Shown here one piece after another: positions 20,009-29,420 of a stretch of 61,918 nucleotides of DNA. Location: NCBI GenBank assembly GCA_026710865.1, contig JAPOQG010000146.1:1-61918 (forward strand), in the 5' to 3' direction. Made by a program: the position numbers and the translations under genes. The notes under the pieces were generated by a model. The model was not told where the DNA came from. It saw nothing but the letters and a program-made list of their open reading frames with translations, and searched no databases. The stretch's first letter is position 1, and each line of letters starts with the position of its first letter. Source of the stretch: Acidimicrobiaceae bacterium. GTDB lineage: Bacteria > Actinomycetota > Acidimicrobiia > Acidimicrobiales > Aldehydirespiratoraceae.

Positions 20009-20622
20009 CAGCGGACCGCCTCGACATCGTTGCGGGCCAGCCACACGGGAGCCTCGCGGGCCTGCTCGGGCGGGACCACGCCGGCCAGGCGCTCGGCCGG
20101 GATCGACTGCCGCACCTGGGCCAGGACACCGTGGCCGGCGATCCCGGCCCGGCCGGCGCGCAGATCCTCGATCAGGCGGTCGAAGTCGGCCGGCGTCACC
20201 CGGCCGCGATAGCGGTAGTTGACCTGCAGGCACGGGGCCTCGGTGCAGGCCGCGATGCACTCGGCCTCCTCGACGGTGAACATGCCGTCGTCGGTGGTGC
20301 CGCCCACCTCCACATCCAGCGACTCGCAGGCGTGCTCCAGCAGTTCCTCGCCGCCCCACAGCAGGCACGAGATGTTGGTGCACACGTTCACGAGGTAGGT
20401 GCCCACCGGCTCGAAGCGGAACATCTCGTAGAAGCCGGCTGTTCCCTTCACCTCGGCCGGGGTGGCTCCGACCAGCTCGGCGATGCGGCGCATGGCCCCG
20501 TCGGTGAGGTACCCGTCCTGGGCCTGGGCGAGGTGCAGCAGCGGGATGAGCGCGGAGCGCGGCCGGGGGAACCAGCCGATGATCTCCGCCGCCTGCGCCT
20601 CGTTGGCGTCACTGAGGGTCAC
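20008..20622 (-). CDS. nuoE: NADH-quinone oxidoreductase subunit E
   Basis: 204-aa thioredoxin-like 2Fe-2S subunit (CTNISCLL ... CIAACTEAP cysteine pairs). Confidence 0.92.
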   Translation of the reverse strand: MTLSDANEAQAAEIIGWFPRPRSALIPLLHLAQAQDGYLTDGAMRRIAELVGATPAEVKGTAGFYEMFRFEPVGTYLVNVCTNISCLLWGGEELLEHACESLDVEVGGTTDDGMFTVEEAECIAACTEAPCLQVNYRYRGRVTPADFDRLIEDLRAGRAGIAGHGVLAQVRQSIPAERLAGVVPPEQAREAPVWLARNDVEAVR

Positions 20623-21956
20623 CGGTCCACCTCGCCCATGATCGGGTCGACCGACGAGATGATGGCCACACCGTCGGCGATGAGGCCGCCCTGCATCAGG
20701 TGCGGAAGGGTCTGGAGGTTGACGAAGCTCGGGGCCCGCACGTGCACCCGGTAGGGGACCGAGGTGCCGTCGCTCACCATGAACACGCCCAGCTCGCCCC
20801 GTGGTGACTCGACCGAGGCGTAGGCCTCCCCGGGCGGCACCTTGAACCCCTCGGTGAAGATCTTGAAGTGGTGTATGAGCGCCTCCATCGAGGCGTCGAT
20901 GCGGGACCGCGGCGGAGGGGTGACCTTCTTGTCCTGGACCCGGTAGTCGCCAGAGGGCATGGCCTCGATGATCTGGGCGACGATGCGCAGCGACTCCCGG
21001 ATCTCGTTGAGCCGTATGGCGTAGCGGTCGTAGCAGTCGCCGTGGGTGCCCACGATGACGTCGAAGTCCACCTGGTCGTAGAACAGGTACGGCTCGTCGC
21101 GCCGCAGGTCCCAGGCCATGCCCGCGCCCCGCAGTATCGGCCCGGTGGCCCCCAGCGCGACGGCCTCGGCCGCGCTGATCACACCCACCCCCTGGAGCCG
21201 CTCGCGCCAGATGGGCTGCCCGGTGAGCAGTGTGTCGTACTCGTCGAGCCGGGGCTCGATCAACTCGATCAGCCCGGCCACGTCCGTGCGCCAGTCCGCG
21301 GGCACGTCCGCGGCCACCCCGCCGGGCCGGATGTAGTTGTGGTTCATCCGCAGGCCGGTGACCTTCTCGAAGAAGCGCAGCACCTCCTCGCGCTCACGCC
21401 ACCCGTAGATCATCATCGACACCGCCCCGAGGTCCATGCCGTTGGTGGCCATGAACAACAGGTGGGAGCTGACCCGGTTGAGCTCGCACATGAGCATCCG
21501 GATCCACGTCGCCCGTTCGGGCACGTCGATTCCCAGCAGCTGCTCGGTGGCCAGGCAGAACGCCAGCTCGTTGAACAGCGGCGACGCGTAGTCCATGCGG
21601 GTCACGTTGGTGCCGCCCTGCAGGTACGTGAGCTGCTCGCCCGTCTTCTCCATGCCGGTGTGGAGGTAGCCGATCACCGGCTTGGAGCGCAGCACCGTCT
21701 CGCCTGACAGCTCAAGCATCAACCGCAGCACACCGTGGGTCGAGGGATGCGACGGGCCCATGTTCAGCAGCACCAGCTCGTCGGCGGCGGCGTCGTCGGG
21801 GTCTCCCCCGATGTCGGCCGCCTCGGCCTCCGACATGCGCAGCACCGCCGACGGCCGGCGCCGGCGAACCCGTTCGGCGGCCCGGTCGGCCTCGGCCGTT
21901 GCCGCGCCGGCCGCGGGGGCGGAGGGGTCCGAGGGGGAGGTGGCGGTGATGCTCAT
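20619..21956 (-). CDS. nuoD: NADH-quinone oxidoreductase subunit D
   Basis: 445 aa with NuoD/49-kDa blocks (LNMGPSHPSTHGVLRL, ERLCGVG-like region, C-terminal DPIMGEVDR). Ala-rich N-terminal extension. Confidence 0.92.
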   Translation of the reverse strand: MSITATSPSDPSAPAAGAATAEADRAAERVRRRRPSAVLRMSEAEAADIGGDPDDAAADELVLLNMGPSHPSTHGVLRLMLELSGETVLRSKPVIGYLHTGMEKTGEQLTYLQGGTNVTRMDYASPLFNELAFCLATEQLLGIDVPERATWIRMLMCELNRVSSHLLFMATNGMDLGAVSMMIYGWREREEVLRFFEKVTGLRMNHNYIRPGGVAADVPADWRTDVAGLIELIEPRLDEYDTLLTGQPIWRERLQGVGVISAAEAVALGATGPILRGAGMAWDLRRDEPYLFYDQVDFDVIVGTHGDCYDRYAIRLNEIRESLRIVAQIIEAMPSGDYRVQDKKVTPPPRSRIDASMEALIHHFKIFTEGFKVPPGEAYASVESPRGELGVFMVSDGTSVPYRVHVRAPSFVNLQTLPHLMQGGLIADGVAIISSVDPIMGEVDR

Positions 21957-21969
21957 CGCGTGGGCGGCT

Positions 21970-22458
21970 CTACCTGACGTTGGAGGCCGCTTTGAACTGG
22001 ACCGGTATCTGGCCCGCGTCGTAGTCCTTGCGCAGCGGATGGCCCGACCAGTCCTCCGGCATCAGGATGCGAGACGGGTCGGGATGGCCCTCGAAGACGA
22101 TGCCGAACATGTCGTAGACCTCGCGTTCGAGGCTCTCCGACCCGGGCCAGAGGTCGAACAGGGTGGGGACGGTCGGATCGTCGGCGGGCACCTGCACCCG
22201 CAGGCGCAACCGCTCCCGCCGCTCATGGCACAGCAGGCCGGCCACAACCTCGAAGCGCTCGGGTGCCACGCCCTCGGGCAGGCCCCGGTCCGCTCCGTAG
22301 GTCAGGTAGTCCACCGCGGTGAGGTCGATGAGCTGGTCGAAGCCGTCGGCGCGGGCCGCGGCGGCCACATCGCACCACTGGCTTCGCGAGGGGTGGACGA
22401 CGGCCTGGCCCCGCGACGGCTGGTCGGCGCCGGCAACGGCGCCGTAGCGCTCAGCCAT
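21970..22458 (-). CDS. nuoC: NADH-quinone oxidoreductase subunit C (short form)
   Basis: Internal ATG at 22458 (MAERYG...). Conserved LTAVDY, EREVYDMFGIVFEGHPD and PLRKDY blocks. The longer track ORF would overlap nuoB. Confidence 0.85.
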   Translation of the reverse strand: MAERYGAVAGADQPSRGQAVVHPSRSQWCDVAAAARADGFDQLIDLTAVDYLTYGADRGLPEGVAPERFEVVAGLLCHERRERLRLRVQVPADDPTVPTLFDLWPGSESLEREVYDMFGIVFEGHPDPSRILMPEDWSGHPLRKDYDAGQIPVQFKAASNVR

Positions 22459-22499
22459 CGCGTCCCCAGCCCGGCCGGCGGCGCCCCCGAACGGACGTC

Positions 22500-23096
22500 T
22501 CAGCCATCGCGGCGGATCACCGAGGTGGCCGTCTGGCCGTCGAGCTGCTGAACCACGAGGCCGGCGCCGCCGTCGCCGGTTGCGGCCCGGCGGGCCAGCA
22601 GCTCGCCCGAGGTGATCTGGTGGTGGAGCGTGAAGATGGCGTGCATCAGCGTCTCTGGACCCGGCGGGCACCCCGGCGCGTAAACGTCGACGGGCACTAC
22701 CTGGTCGACGCCCTGGACGATCGCGTAGTTGTTGAACATGCCACCGCTGGACGCGCACACCCCCATGGAGATGACCCACTTGGGCTCCATCATCTGGTCG
22801 TAGATCTGGCGCAGCACCGGGGCCATCTTCTGGGACACCCGGCCGGCCACGATCATCAGGTCCGCCTGGCGGGGCGAGGCCCGGAACACCTCCATGCCGT
22901 AGCGGGCGAGGTCGTAATGGGCTGCCCCGGTAGCCATCATCTCGATGGCGCAGCAGGCCAGGCCGAAGGTCGCCGGCCAGCAGCTGCGAGCCCGGGACCA
23001 TTTGACCAGGCTCTCCAGCTTGGACGTCATGAAGTTGTGCTGGATGCCTTCCAGGCCGCGCTCCCGCAGCTCCTCGAGCTGGTTCCCGACCCCCAT
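22500..23096 (-). CDS. nuoB: NADH-quinone oxidoreductase subunit B
   Basis: [11 protein letters not shown] and GCPPGPE cluster-N2 ligand motifs. Confidence 0.94.
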   Translation of the reverse strand: MGVGNQLEELRERGLEGIQHNFMTSKLESLVKWSRARSCWPATFGLACCAIEMMATGAAHYDLARYGMEVFRASPRQADLMIVAGRVSQKMAPVLRQIYDQMMEPKWVISMGVCASSGGMFNNYAIVQGVDQVVPVDVYAPGCPPGPETLMHAIFTLHHQITSGELLARRAATGDGGAGLVVQQLDGQTATSVIRRDG

Positions 23097-23578
23097 CAGG
23101 CTGCGCTCCCCGGCCGGCCCTCGAGGCCTACGCGGCGAACGGTGGTGCGAGCGGTGCGGTCCGCGGACACCATCGTCCCGCCGTCAGAAGCTGACGGCGG
23201 CGAGGCTTCGGCGGAGGGCCGAGGCCCCCATTCGAGGGCTCCCGCTCCGATGAGGTACACGAACGACTCGAACACCGCGAAGGTGAACACGAGCAGGGCC
23301 ACCAGCCCGAACAGGCCGAGCCCGCCCCGGGCCACGGCGTAGGGATAGAACAGCACGATCTCCACGTCGAAGACGATGAAGATCATCGCCACCAGGAAGA
23401 AGCGAACCGGGAAGCGCTCGGGGGTCTCCCGGGCGGGGACGATCCCGCACTCGTAGGGATCCAGCTTGGGGACGGTCGGCCGGCGGGGTGCCAGCAGCCC
23501 CGACGCCACGAAGCTCCCGGCCGCGAACAGCGCGGCGAGACCGAACAGTGCCAGCAACGGGAGGTACTGGCCGAGCAC
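23096..23578 (-). CDS. nuoA: NADH-quinone oxidoreductase subunit A (with C-terminal extension)
   Basis: DPYECG motif and three helices. First gene of the nuo order. About 40 extra C-terminal residues. Confidence 0.9.
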   Translation of the reverse strand: MLGQYLPLLALFGLAALFAAGSFVASGLLAPRRPTVPKLDPYECGIVPARETPERFPVRFFLVAMIFIVFDVEIVLFYPYAVARGGLGLFGLVALLVFTFAVFESFVYLIGAGALEWGPRPSAEASPPSASDGGTMVSADRTARTTVRRVGLEGRPGSAA

Positions 23579-23581
23579 GGC

Positions 23582-24613
23582 TCAGGTGCGGGCTGGCGTG
23601 CCAGCCTCTCGCTGGCGCCAGGCCAGCTTGTCTCGCTCGTGGAGGAATAGGCACAGAGCCCCGAAGATGCACAGGGAGCCGAGCGCTACCAGCGCCGGCT
23701 TGAGGCGCAGATCGCCCAGATTGCGGATCATGATCACCGAGATCACCGGCTTGGACTCATCGACGATGGGCCTGGGCGGCGGCTCGCCCGGAACGAGGGG
23801 CTGATCGATCACCTCCCGGACCTGCACCACCCCGTAGCGGGTGGGATGGGTGATCGTCAGGGCGGTGCGGATCTGGGTCCAGATCCGGTCCCAGCGATTC
23901 GGGTCGTCGGGCAGGCCCCGCTTGCCGCCGACCGTGTAGGCGTCGAGCAGTTTGACGTCGCCCTGCGAGGTGAACGTCAGGTCGGGGCTGTCGAGCAGCA
24001 TCTGCAACGCGGAGGCCTGGGCATCGCCCGCCTCGGCGGTCGACAGCAGCCTCCAGCCGCCCAGTGCGATCCGGCCGGTCTCCTCTGCATCCGCGATCAG
24101 GCCCGGCGACACCGCGGCCAACTCCGACAGGGTGGTGGCCTGGTTGCGGGCCAACTCGTCGGCGACCAGCGCATCGATCTCGGAGGCGCTGAGCCCCTCG
24201 GTCTGGTCTGGCGTGAGCGTGTCCCGGGTGACCACGCCGAACTCGGCCTGCGCCACCGGATCGTCGGAGTCGACGGCGAGTTCGAACGCGGTCGGCAGCT
24301 CGGGGAGGTCGGGCAGCACTCTGGCCTCTTCCAATGCTGCCGCGTCGAGGTCGCCCACGTTGATCTCCTGCAGCTGCCAGGTCGGAGCGGTGCCGGCCCA
24401 GCCGATGCCGTAGATCCACCACACGACGGCCATGATCACCATCCAGCCGAAGAAACCGGCCGCGGCGATGAGGGTTCCCAGCCGGGTGCCGGTGTTGAGG
24501 GCGAGCAGCAGCCAGACCGAGCCCATCAGCACGAGCACGCCCGCGAACACCGCCATGAAGCCGCGGATCTCGGGGTCCCAGGCCAGCCCAGCGATCACAT
24601 CGAGCGCTTCCAT
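23582..24613 (-). CDS. Hypothetical membrane protein (3 N-terminal helices, large acidic loop/domain, 1 C-terminal helix)
   Basis: 343-aa high-GC3 ORF. Its stop lies 3 nt before the nuoA start and it begins 47 nt after the cytochrome c gene. No family recognised. Confidence 0.6.
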   Translation of the reverse strand: MEALDVIAGLAWDPEIRGFMAVFAGVLVLMGSVWLLLALNTGTRLGTLIAAAGFFGWMVIMAVVWWIYGIGWAGTAPTWQLQEINVGDLDAAALEEARVLPDLPELPTAFELAVDSDDPVAQAEFGVVTRDTLTPDQTEGLSASEIDALVADELARNQATTLSELAAVSPGLIADAEETGRIALGGWRLLSTAEAGDAQASALQMLLDSPDLTFTSQGDVKLLDAYTVGGKRGLPDDPNRWDRIWTQIRTALTITHPTRYGVVQVREVIDQPLVPGEPPPRPIVDESKPVISVIMIRNLGDLRLKPALVALGSLCIFGALCLFLHERDKLAWRQREAGTPART

Positions 24614-24660
24614 CCGCCTAGATCCCTTCCGCCCGCACTACGGCATCGAGCGCACCCATG

Positions 24661-25920
24661 TCACAGGTTCCTTTCGAATGCGACGATGGCGTCGATCTGG
24701 TCCTGGGTGAGCGTGGCCGGGTAGGTCACCCCCAGGCTGTCGTCGGTTCGAGGACCGAATCCCGGCATCTGGCCGTTGCCGCCTGCGCCTCCGCGACCGT
24801 AGGTCTGCCCGACGCTCTGGCCGGCGGAGATGAAGTCGGCGTGCTGGGTCGCGGTCTCGAACTGGTCCAGGGTGCTGCCCCCGGTCAGGTTGGGGCCGAA
24901 GAAGCCGCCGCCGGTGTTGTACTGCGCGAGGATCGGGCCGGCGTGGCCGTCGATGCTGTCGTCGCCGTCGGTGGTGGCGTCGAAGGACCAGCCGTAGGTG
25001 TGGCAGCGGGCGCAGTTGTAGGTGCCGCCTGCGGCCGGGTTGTTGAAGATGATCTCGCCGTAGGTCCGGTACAGCTCGCTGCCGGGCGCCTCGCCCGACG
25101 CCAGCAGCTCCAGGCCGGCCCGACGGATGGCCTCGGGGTTGCCCTCCAGCGACGGATCGGCGGCCAGGGCCATGGATCGGGCCTCCTCGACGGCGTCGTC
25201 CACCGCGGCCAGCCAGTCGTCCACGACCGGGTCGGCGACCGACACCCCCAGATGCTCGGCTATGCCCTCACGCACGCCGGTGTCGACGATGTCGCGCAGC
25301 TCCGACTCGGGAATCTGGATGCGCCTCATGTAGCGGATCAGGTACTCGATCTGTTGCTCGGTGAGGGGGCCGCCGCCGGGCGCGCCCCACGCCGGCATCA
25401 CGTTGTTGCGGCCGTAGTTGAGGACGTGGCGCACCTCGTCCTCGCTGTAGCGGGACAGCACGGTGTTCAGCGCGGGGGCGCTCCATGCCACCGTCGCCAC
25501 GAAGTTCCCCTCGGCATCCGTGAGCGTCACCGGCGCGGAGCCTCCGGTTCCCTCGGCGCCGTGGCACTGCTGGCAGTCGGAGCCCGTGACGTAGAGCTCG
25601 CCGCCCCGGTCTGCGAAGATCCGGTCGGTGTCGGAGATGAGGCCCTCGTGGCGCCCGGGCTCGCCCAGCCAGTACAGCGGAAGCCCCACCCCGATGATGG
25701 CCAGCATGGCCAGCCCGGCCAGCAGGGACTTGTCGAGTTTGGTGCCCTCCAGTTCCTCGTCCTCGAGGTAGGGCTTGCGGTTGGGAGCCAGGTCGATCTC
25801 GCTGCCGACCTCGTCGCGGGCGGAGCGCGAGTTCAGGATCAGGTAGAGGACATACCCGATGAAGACGATGCCGAGTATGACGAACCCGATCGTTCTCTGG
25901 GTGGAGGCGGCGAGGACCAT
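24661..25920 (-). CDS. Membrane-anchored diheme cytochrome c (QcrC-like)
   Basis: 419 aa with an N-terminal helix and two heme-binding motifs, CQQCHG and CARCHT. Confidence 0.85.
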   Translation of the reverse strand: MVLAASTQRTIGFVILGIVFIGYVLYLILNSRSARDEVGSEIDLAPNRKPYLEDEELEGTKLDKSLLAGLAMLAIIGVGLPLYWLGEPGRHEGLISDTDRIFADRGGELYVTGSDCQQCHGAEGTGGSAPVTLTDAEGNFVATVAWSAPALNTVLSRYSEDEVRHVLNYGRNNVMPAWGAPGGGPLTEQQIEYLIRYMRRIQIPESELRDIVDTGVREGIAEHLGVSVADPVVDDWLAAVDDAVEEARSMALAADPSLEGNPEAIRRAGLELLASGEAPGSELYRTYGEIIFNNPAAGGTYNCARCHTYGWSFDATTDGDDSIDGHAGPILAQYNTGGGFFGPNLTGGSTLDQFETATQHADFISAGQSVGQTYGRGGAGGNGQMPGFGPRTDDSLGVTYPATLTQDQIDAIVAFERNL

Positions 25921-25955
25921 GCGCGCTGGTGCTTCCTAGAGGTCGGTCAGGGCCA

Positions 25956-26828
25956 CTAGTGGCTCGCCTGGCCGAGGCAACTCGGGCCTTCGGCTTCCTG
26001 GCCGGTAGTGTTGGTGCCGATCGGAGGGCCCTGGATGATCGTGCCGGTGTCGACGGTCAGCGATCCGTCCGCGCCGATCTCCACCGCGAAACGGTCCATG
26101 CCCCGGGGCGCGGGACCGCCCCGCTTCTCTCCCACCCGGTTGTACTTCGAGCCGTGGCACGGGCACTCGAACCACTGCGAGGTCACACACTCCGGCACCC
26201 GGCAGCCGAGATGGGGACATTTCTGGTAGAGCGCGACGATGCCTCCGTCCAGGCCGAGCTGCTGCCCCGCAGTCATGCCCGACAGCTCGGCCGCCGTGTA
26301 GGTCTCGGCCGCCTTCTCCACCGCGCCGTTGGGGTACTCGGTCAGCCACATCCGGCCCTCGGGCTTGTACAGGAAGCCCGAGTTGTCCCGGATCTCGGCG
26401 AGGATGTCGCTCACCAGCCCCACCTTGATCTTGGAGCCGAAGCCGCTGGCGCCCTGGGGCCAGAGGAAGGCGATGCAGGCCACGCCGAACGCTGAGAGGC
26501 TCAAGCTCATCAGCATCACGATCGTCCGGTTGAAGAACTGGCGGCGGCTCACCCCGATCGTCTCGGGATCGGGCGGCACGTAGGGCGCGGGCGGTCCGCC
26601 GGAATCGACCGTCGCCAGCGAGCCGGCCCGAGCGGCGGCCGCGGCCCTCTCGACCTCGCGGCCGGTGGGCGGCGCTTCGGCCCGCAGGACCGCCGAGGAC
26701 CGGTCCCGGCTTCGAGTCTCCCGCGAGAGCATGCCGATGGCCGCGTCCGACTGGCGCCGGCGCACCGCGGCCAGCACTGCGACGACAGCCAGGACTGCCA
26801 GGAGCGTCAGGGCGACATAGATCAGCAT
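25956..26828 (-). CDS. Rieske [2Fe-2S] iron-sulfur subunit of a bc-type complex
   Basis: CPHLGCRV and CPCHGSKY Rieske boxes; N-terminal helices. Confidence 0.9.
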   Translation of the reverse strand: MLIYVALTLLAVLAVVAVLAAVRRRQSDAAIGMLSRETRSRDRSSAVLRAEAPPTGREVERAAAAARAGSLATVDSGGPPAPYVPPDPETIGVSRRQFFNRTIVMLMSLSLSAFGVACIAFLWPQGASGFGSKIKVGLVSDILAEIRDNSGFLYKPEGRMWLTEYPNGAVEKAAETYTAAELSGMTAGQQLGLDGGIVALYQKCPHLGCRVPECVTSQWFECPCHGSKYNRVGEKRGGPAPRGMDRFAVEIGADGSLTVDTGTIIQGPPIGTNTTGQEAEGPSCLGQASH

Positions 26829-26892
26829 CGGGTGCCTCCTTGCCAGAGGCCGGGCGGGTGGGCGATCAGTGCGACGCGGTCGGCAGCCATCA

Positions 26893-27681
26893 TCACAGCT
26901 CGAAGAACAGTCCCGCTTGCCACGGGAAGACGAAGTTGAAGCCCGGTCCCCTGAAGAACGAGCCGATGATCACCAGCACAGCCCAGAACATGAGATGGAT
27001 GGTCATCAGGCTGATGGCGAACTTGCGGTCCTCCGGCTTCTTGGAGGGGTTCCTGTCGATGTAGGGCGCGAGCATCAGAGCCAGCAGCCCGATGCCGGGG
27101 ATGGTCACGCCGGCGACCATCGGGTGGAACATCGTCAGCAGCTCCTGCAGCCCGAGGAAGTACCAGGGCGCCTTGGACGGGTTGGGGGTCTGGTTGTAGT
27201 TGGCCAGCTCCAGCAGCGGGGCGTTCACGAAGATCGAGAAGATCAGGGTGAACGCGGTGATGAACAACGACGCCACGAACTCCACCACCAGCAGGTGGGG
27301 CCAGACGTGCACCTTGTCCTGCGGCTTGGACTTCACGTCCTGGATCGAGCCCGACTTGACCACCGTCAGCAGGCGCTGGGTGTGCCCGCCGGGGCCGGTG
27401 GCCGGCGTCGCATCCGGGGCCGCGGGCGGGGCGGCTACGGCCACTCCCCCGCCGCCGGCTGCCGCCGCGCCGGCCTCGGCCGCGGCGTCTCCTCCGTCCG
27501 CCTGAGCCCGGGCCGCCTTCGACCGCTCCAGCAGGTGGGGCGGGATCTTGCCGGCGGCCTGCTGCTGGGCTTCCGAGGGCGCGCCGCCCGGAGCCGCGCC
27601 GGACTGCGCGGCCTTGGCCGCCTCCGCCTTGGCCCGGGCCTCCTCGGCCCGCTTGCGCAGATGTTCGGGAATCTCAACCAT
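26893..27681 (-). CDS. Cytochrome b C-terminal domain protein (subunit IV-like) with Ala-rich N-terminal extension
   Basis: C-terminal half has NPSKAPWYFLGLQELL (PEWY-type Qo motif) and three helices. The first ~110 residues are low-complexity Ala/Pro/Gly. Confidence 0.85.
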   Translation of the reverse strand: MVEIPEHLRKRAEEARAKAEAAKAAQSGAAPGGAPSEAQQQAAGKIPPHLLERSKAARAQADGGDAAAEAGAAAAGGGGVAVAAPPAAPDATPATGPGGHTQRLLTVVKSGSIQDVKSKPQDKVHVWPHLLVVEFVASLFITAFTLIFSIFVNAPLLELANYNQTPNPSKAPWYFLGLQELLTMFHPMVAGVTIPGIGLLALMLAPYIDRNPSKKPEDRKFAISLMTIHLMFWAVLVIIGSFFRGPGFNFVFPWQAGLFFEL

Positions 27682-27702
27682 CGCCTCTACCTCCGCCGCC
27701 GC

Positions 27703-28497
27703 CTACAGCGGTCCCGAGATGCCGCCGTCCTTGCGGACCCGCCAGAAGTGGATCGCCAGGAAGATGACGAGCACGAACGGCAGCATCAGAACGTGGAGCA
27801 CGTACCAGCGCAGCAGGGTGTCGGTTCCGATCTCCACCCCGCCGAGCAGCACGAAGCGCACCTGTTCGCCGAACACCGGCGTGTACCCCATCATGTTGGT
27901 GCCGACGGTCACTGCCCACAGCGCCAGCTGGTCCCACGGCAGCAGGTAGCCCGTGAACGAGAGCAGCAGCGTCAGCTTGAGGAGGATCACGCCGATCACC
28001 CAGTTGAACTCCCGGGGCGGCTTGTAGGCCCCGTGATAGAAGACCCTCGCCATGTGCAGGAACACCGTGATCACCATCAGGTGGGCGCCCCACCGGTGGA
28101 TGTTGCGGACCAGCAGCCCGAAGGTCACCGAGGTCTGCAGGTTGTAGATGTCGTCCCAGGCCTGGGCGGCCGTGGGGCGGTAGAAGAACATCAGGAAGAT
28201 GCCGGTGACCGTCTCGAGGATGAACAGGAAGAAGCTCAGCCCGCCGAGGCACAGCGTGTAGCTCACTTTGACGGCGTGGCGCTTCACCTTCACCGGGTGC
28301 AGGTGATAGAGCACGCTGTTCATGACCACGTAGGAACGGTTGCGGGGGCTGTCGGTGTAGCCCTTGCGGAAGATCGACCCGGGCCGGAAGATCGAGGTCC
28401 AGGCCTGCGAGCCCTGGACCTGGTCGGCCAGAGTGCTCATCTGGTCGGCGAGGCGCTCCGGAAGGGGCTTCTTGCGCTCTTCTGTGTCGATGGCCAT
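27703..28497 (-). CDS. Cytochrome b6-like protein (cytochrome b N-terminal, four-helix heme domain)
   Basis: 264 aa. [33 protein letters not shown] and [15 protein letters not shown] blocks with the conserved heme-ligand histidines. Confidence 0.9.
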   Translation of the reverse strand: MAIDTEERKKPLPERLADQMSTLADQVQGSQAWTSIFRPGSIFRKGYTDSPRNRSYVVMNSVLYHLHPVKVKRHAVKVSYTLCLGGLSFFLFILETVTGIFLMFFYRPTAAQAWDDIYNLQTSVTFGLLVRNIHRWGAHLMVITVFLHMARVFYHGAYKPPREFNWVIGVILLKLTLLLSFTGYLLPWDQLALWAVTVGTNMMGYTPVFGEQVRFVLLGGVEIGTDTLLRWYVLHVLMLPFVLVIFLAIHFWRVRKDGGISGPL

Positions 28498-28545
28498 CGG
28501 GGTGGGGGATCTCCTGTGGGATCGAGTCGTGTTGTCTCGCCGTCC

Positions 28546-28935
28546 TCAGGCGAGGCGCATCCCGTAGCCGTAGCCATGGGAGTTGGTTCGTTGATGTGGA
28601 TCTCCCCCGGGGGGAGCGTCGCCGATCTTGCCGAGAATGATTACACCGGTTGGGCAGCGATCCACACACAGCGCGCAGCGGGTGCAGACGTCGTCGTCGA
28701 TTGTGAAGATGACCTTGTCGGCAGGATCGATGCCGGGCAGCTCCGTGCCGATGGACTCATCCACGGCGTCGGGCGTGACCATGAAGATGCACTTCCACGG
28801 ACAGATGTCCACGCAGCCCTCGCACATGATGCACTCGGACTGGTCGATGTGGATGAACGTCTTGGGCTTGACGGCCGACGACAGCCAGGCCGCGTCCACT
28901 TCCTGCAGCACGTAGTCGTCCCGGAACTCCGGCAT
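28546..28935 (-). CDS. 2x[4Fe-4S] ferredoxin-domain protein
   Basis: Internal ATG at 28935, which avoids overlap with the upstream gene. Two CxxCxxCxxxCP motifs (CIMCEGCVDICP, CTRCALCVDRCP). Confidence 0.85.
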   Translation of the reverse strand: MPEFRDDYVLQEVDAAWLSSAVKPKTFIHIDQSECIMCEGCVDICPWKCIFMVTPDAVDESIGTELPGIDPADKVIFTIDDDVCTRCALCVDRCPTGVIILGKIGDAPPGGDPHQRTNSHGYGYGMRLA

Positions 28936-28958
28936 CGGGGGATTGGCGTCGGTGGTGG

Positions 28959-29420
28959 TCACGCCTCCGAGCCCTCCCGCACGAGGGGACGCCCGAAGCT
29001 CGACACCTCGACGGCCTCGGCAGCCTCGGCCTTCTTGCCCCGGTCCTGCCAGATGTGCCACATCCAGACGTGGGCGGCGATTCCCACGACGTATATGCCG
29101 CTGGCGATGATGTCACGGATCACCACGTAGGTGATGGTGAACGGGAAGCTGCCACCCTGCGCCTGCGCCCGGAGGATCCCGCCGGGTCCGACGAAGAGCT
29201 TGTCGGTCCGCCAGTTGAGCTCGTTGTCGGCCCACGCCAGAAACTGGTGCGGCACGACCCCGTACACCCAGAACAGCCCGAAGAAGACGATCATCGCCCC
29301 GAACATGGCCTCGCCCCACGTGACGGGGGTGCCGACGGGCCGGCGCTTCATGTAGGCGAGAACGCCGCCGGTAAGCACGGCCGTTACCAGGATGGACAGG
29401 GCGAAGGCGACCACCGGCAC
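28959..29420 (-). CDS. Hypothetical four-helix membrane protein, first gene of the bc-complex operon
   Basis: 153-aa hydrophobic ORF with high GC3, located 23 nt upstream of the ferredoxin gene. No family recognised. Confidence 0.6.
   Translation of the reverse strand: MPVVAFALSILVTAVLTGGVLAYMKRRPVGTPVTWGEAMFGAMIVFFGLFWVYGVVPHQFLAWADNELNWRTDKLFVGPGGILRAQAQGGSFPFTITYVVIRDIIASGIYVVGIAAHVWMWHIWQDRGKKAEAAEAVEVSSFGRPLVREGSEA

Noticed and set aside
15867-20129. 1420-aa ORF suggesting a NuoF-NuoG fusion protein
   Set aside because: The N-terminal ~525 residues are Arg/Pro/Gly-rich off-frame read-through across nuoF. Recognisable NuoG begins at ATG 18554, overlapping the nuoF stop as ATGA, and nuoF is intact in its own frame.
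21970-23001. Full 343-aa ORF as a long NuoC, and the short 162-aa NuoC as a pseudogene
   Set aside because: The upstream part overlaps nuoB out of frame and is low-complexity. The 162-aa version keeps all the conserved NuoC blocks I know, so I call it a short but intact nuoC.
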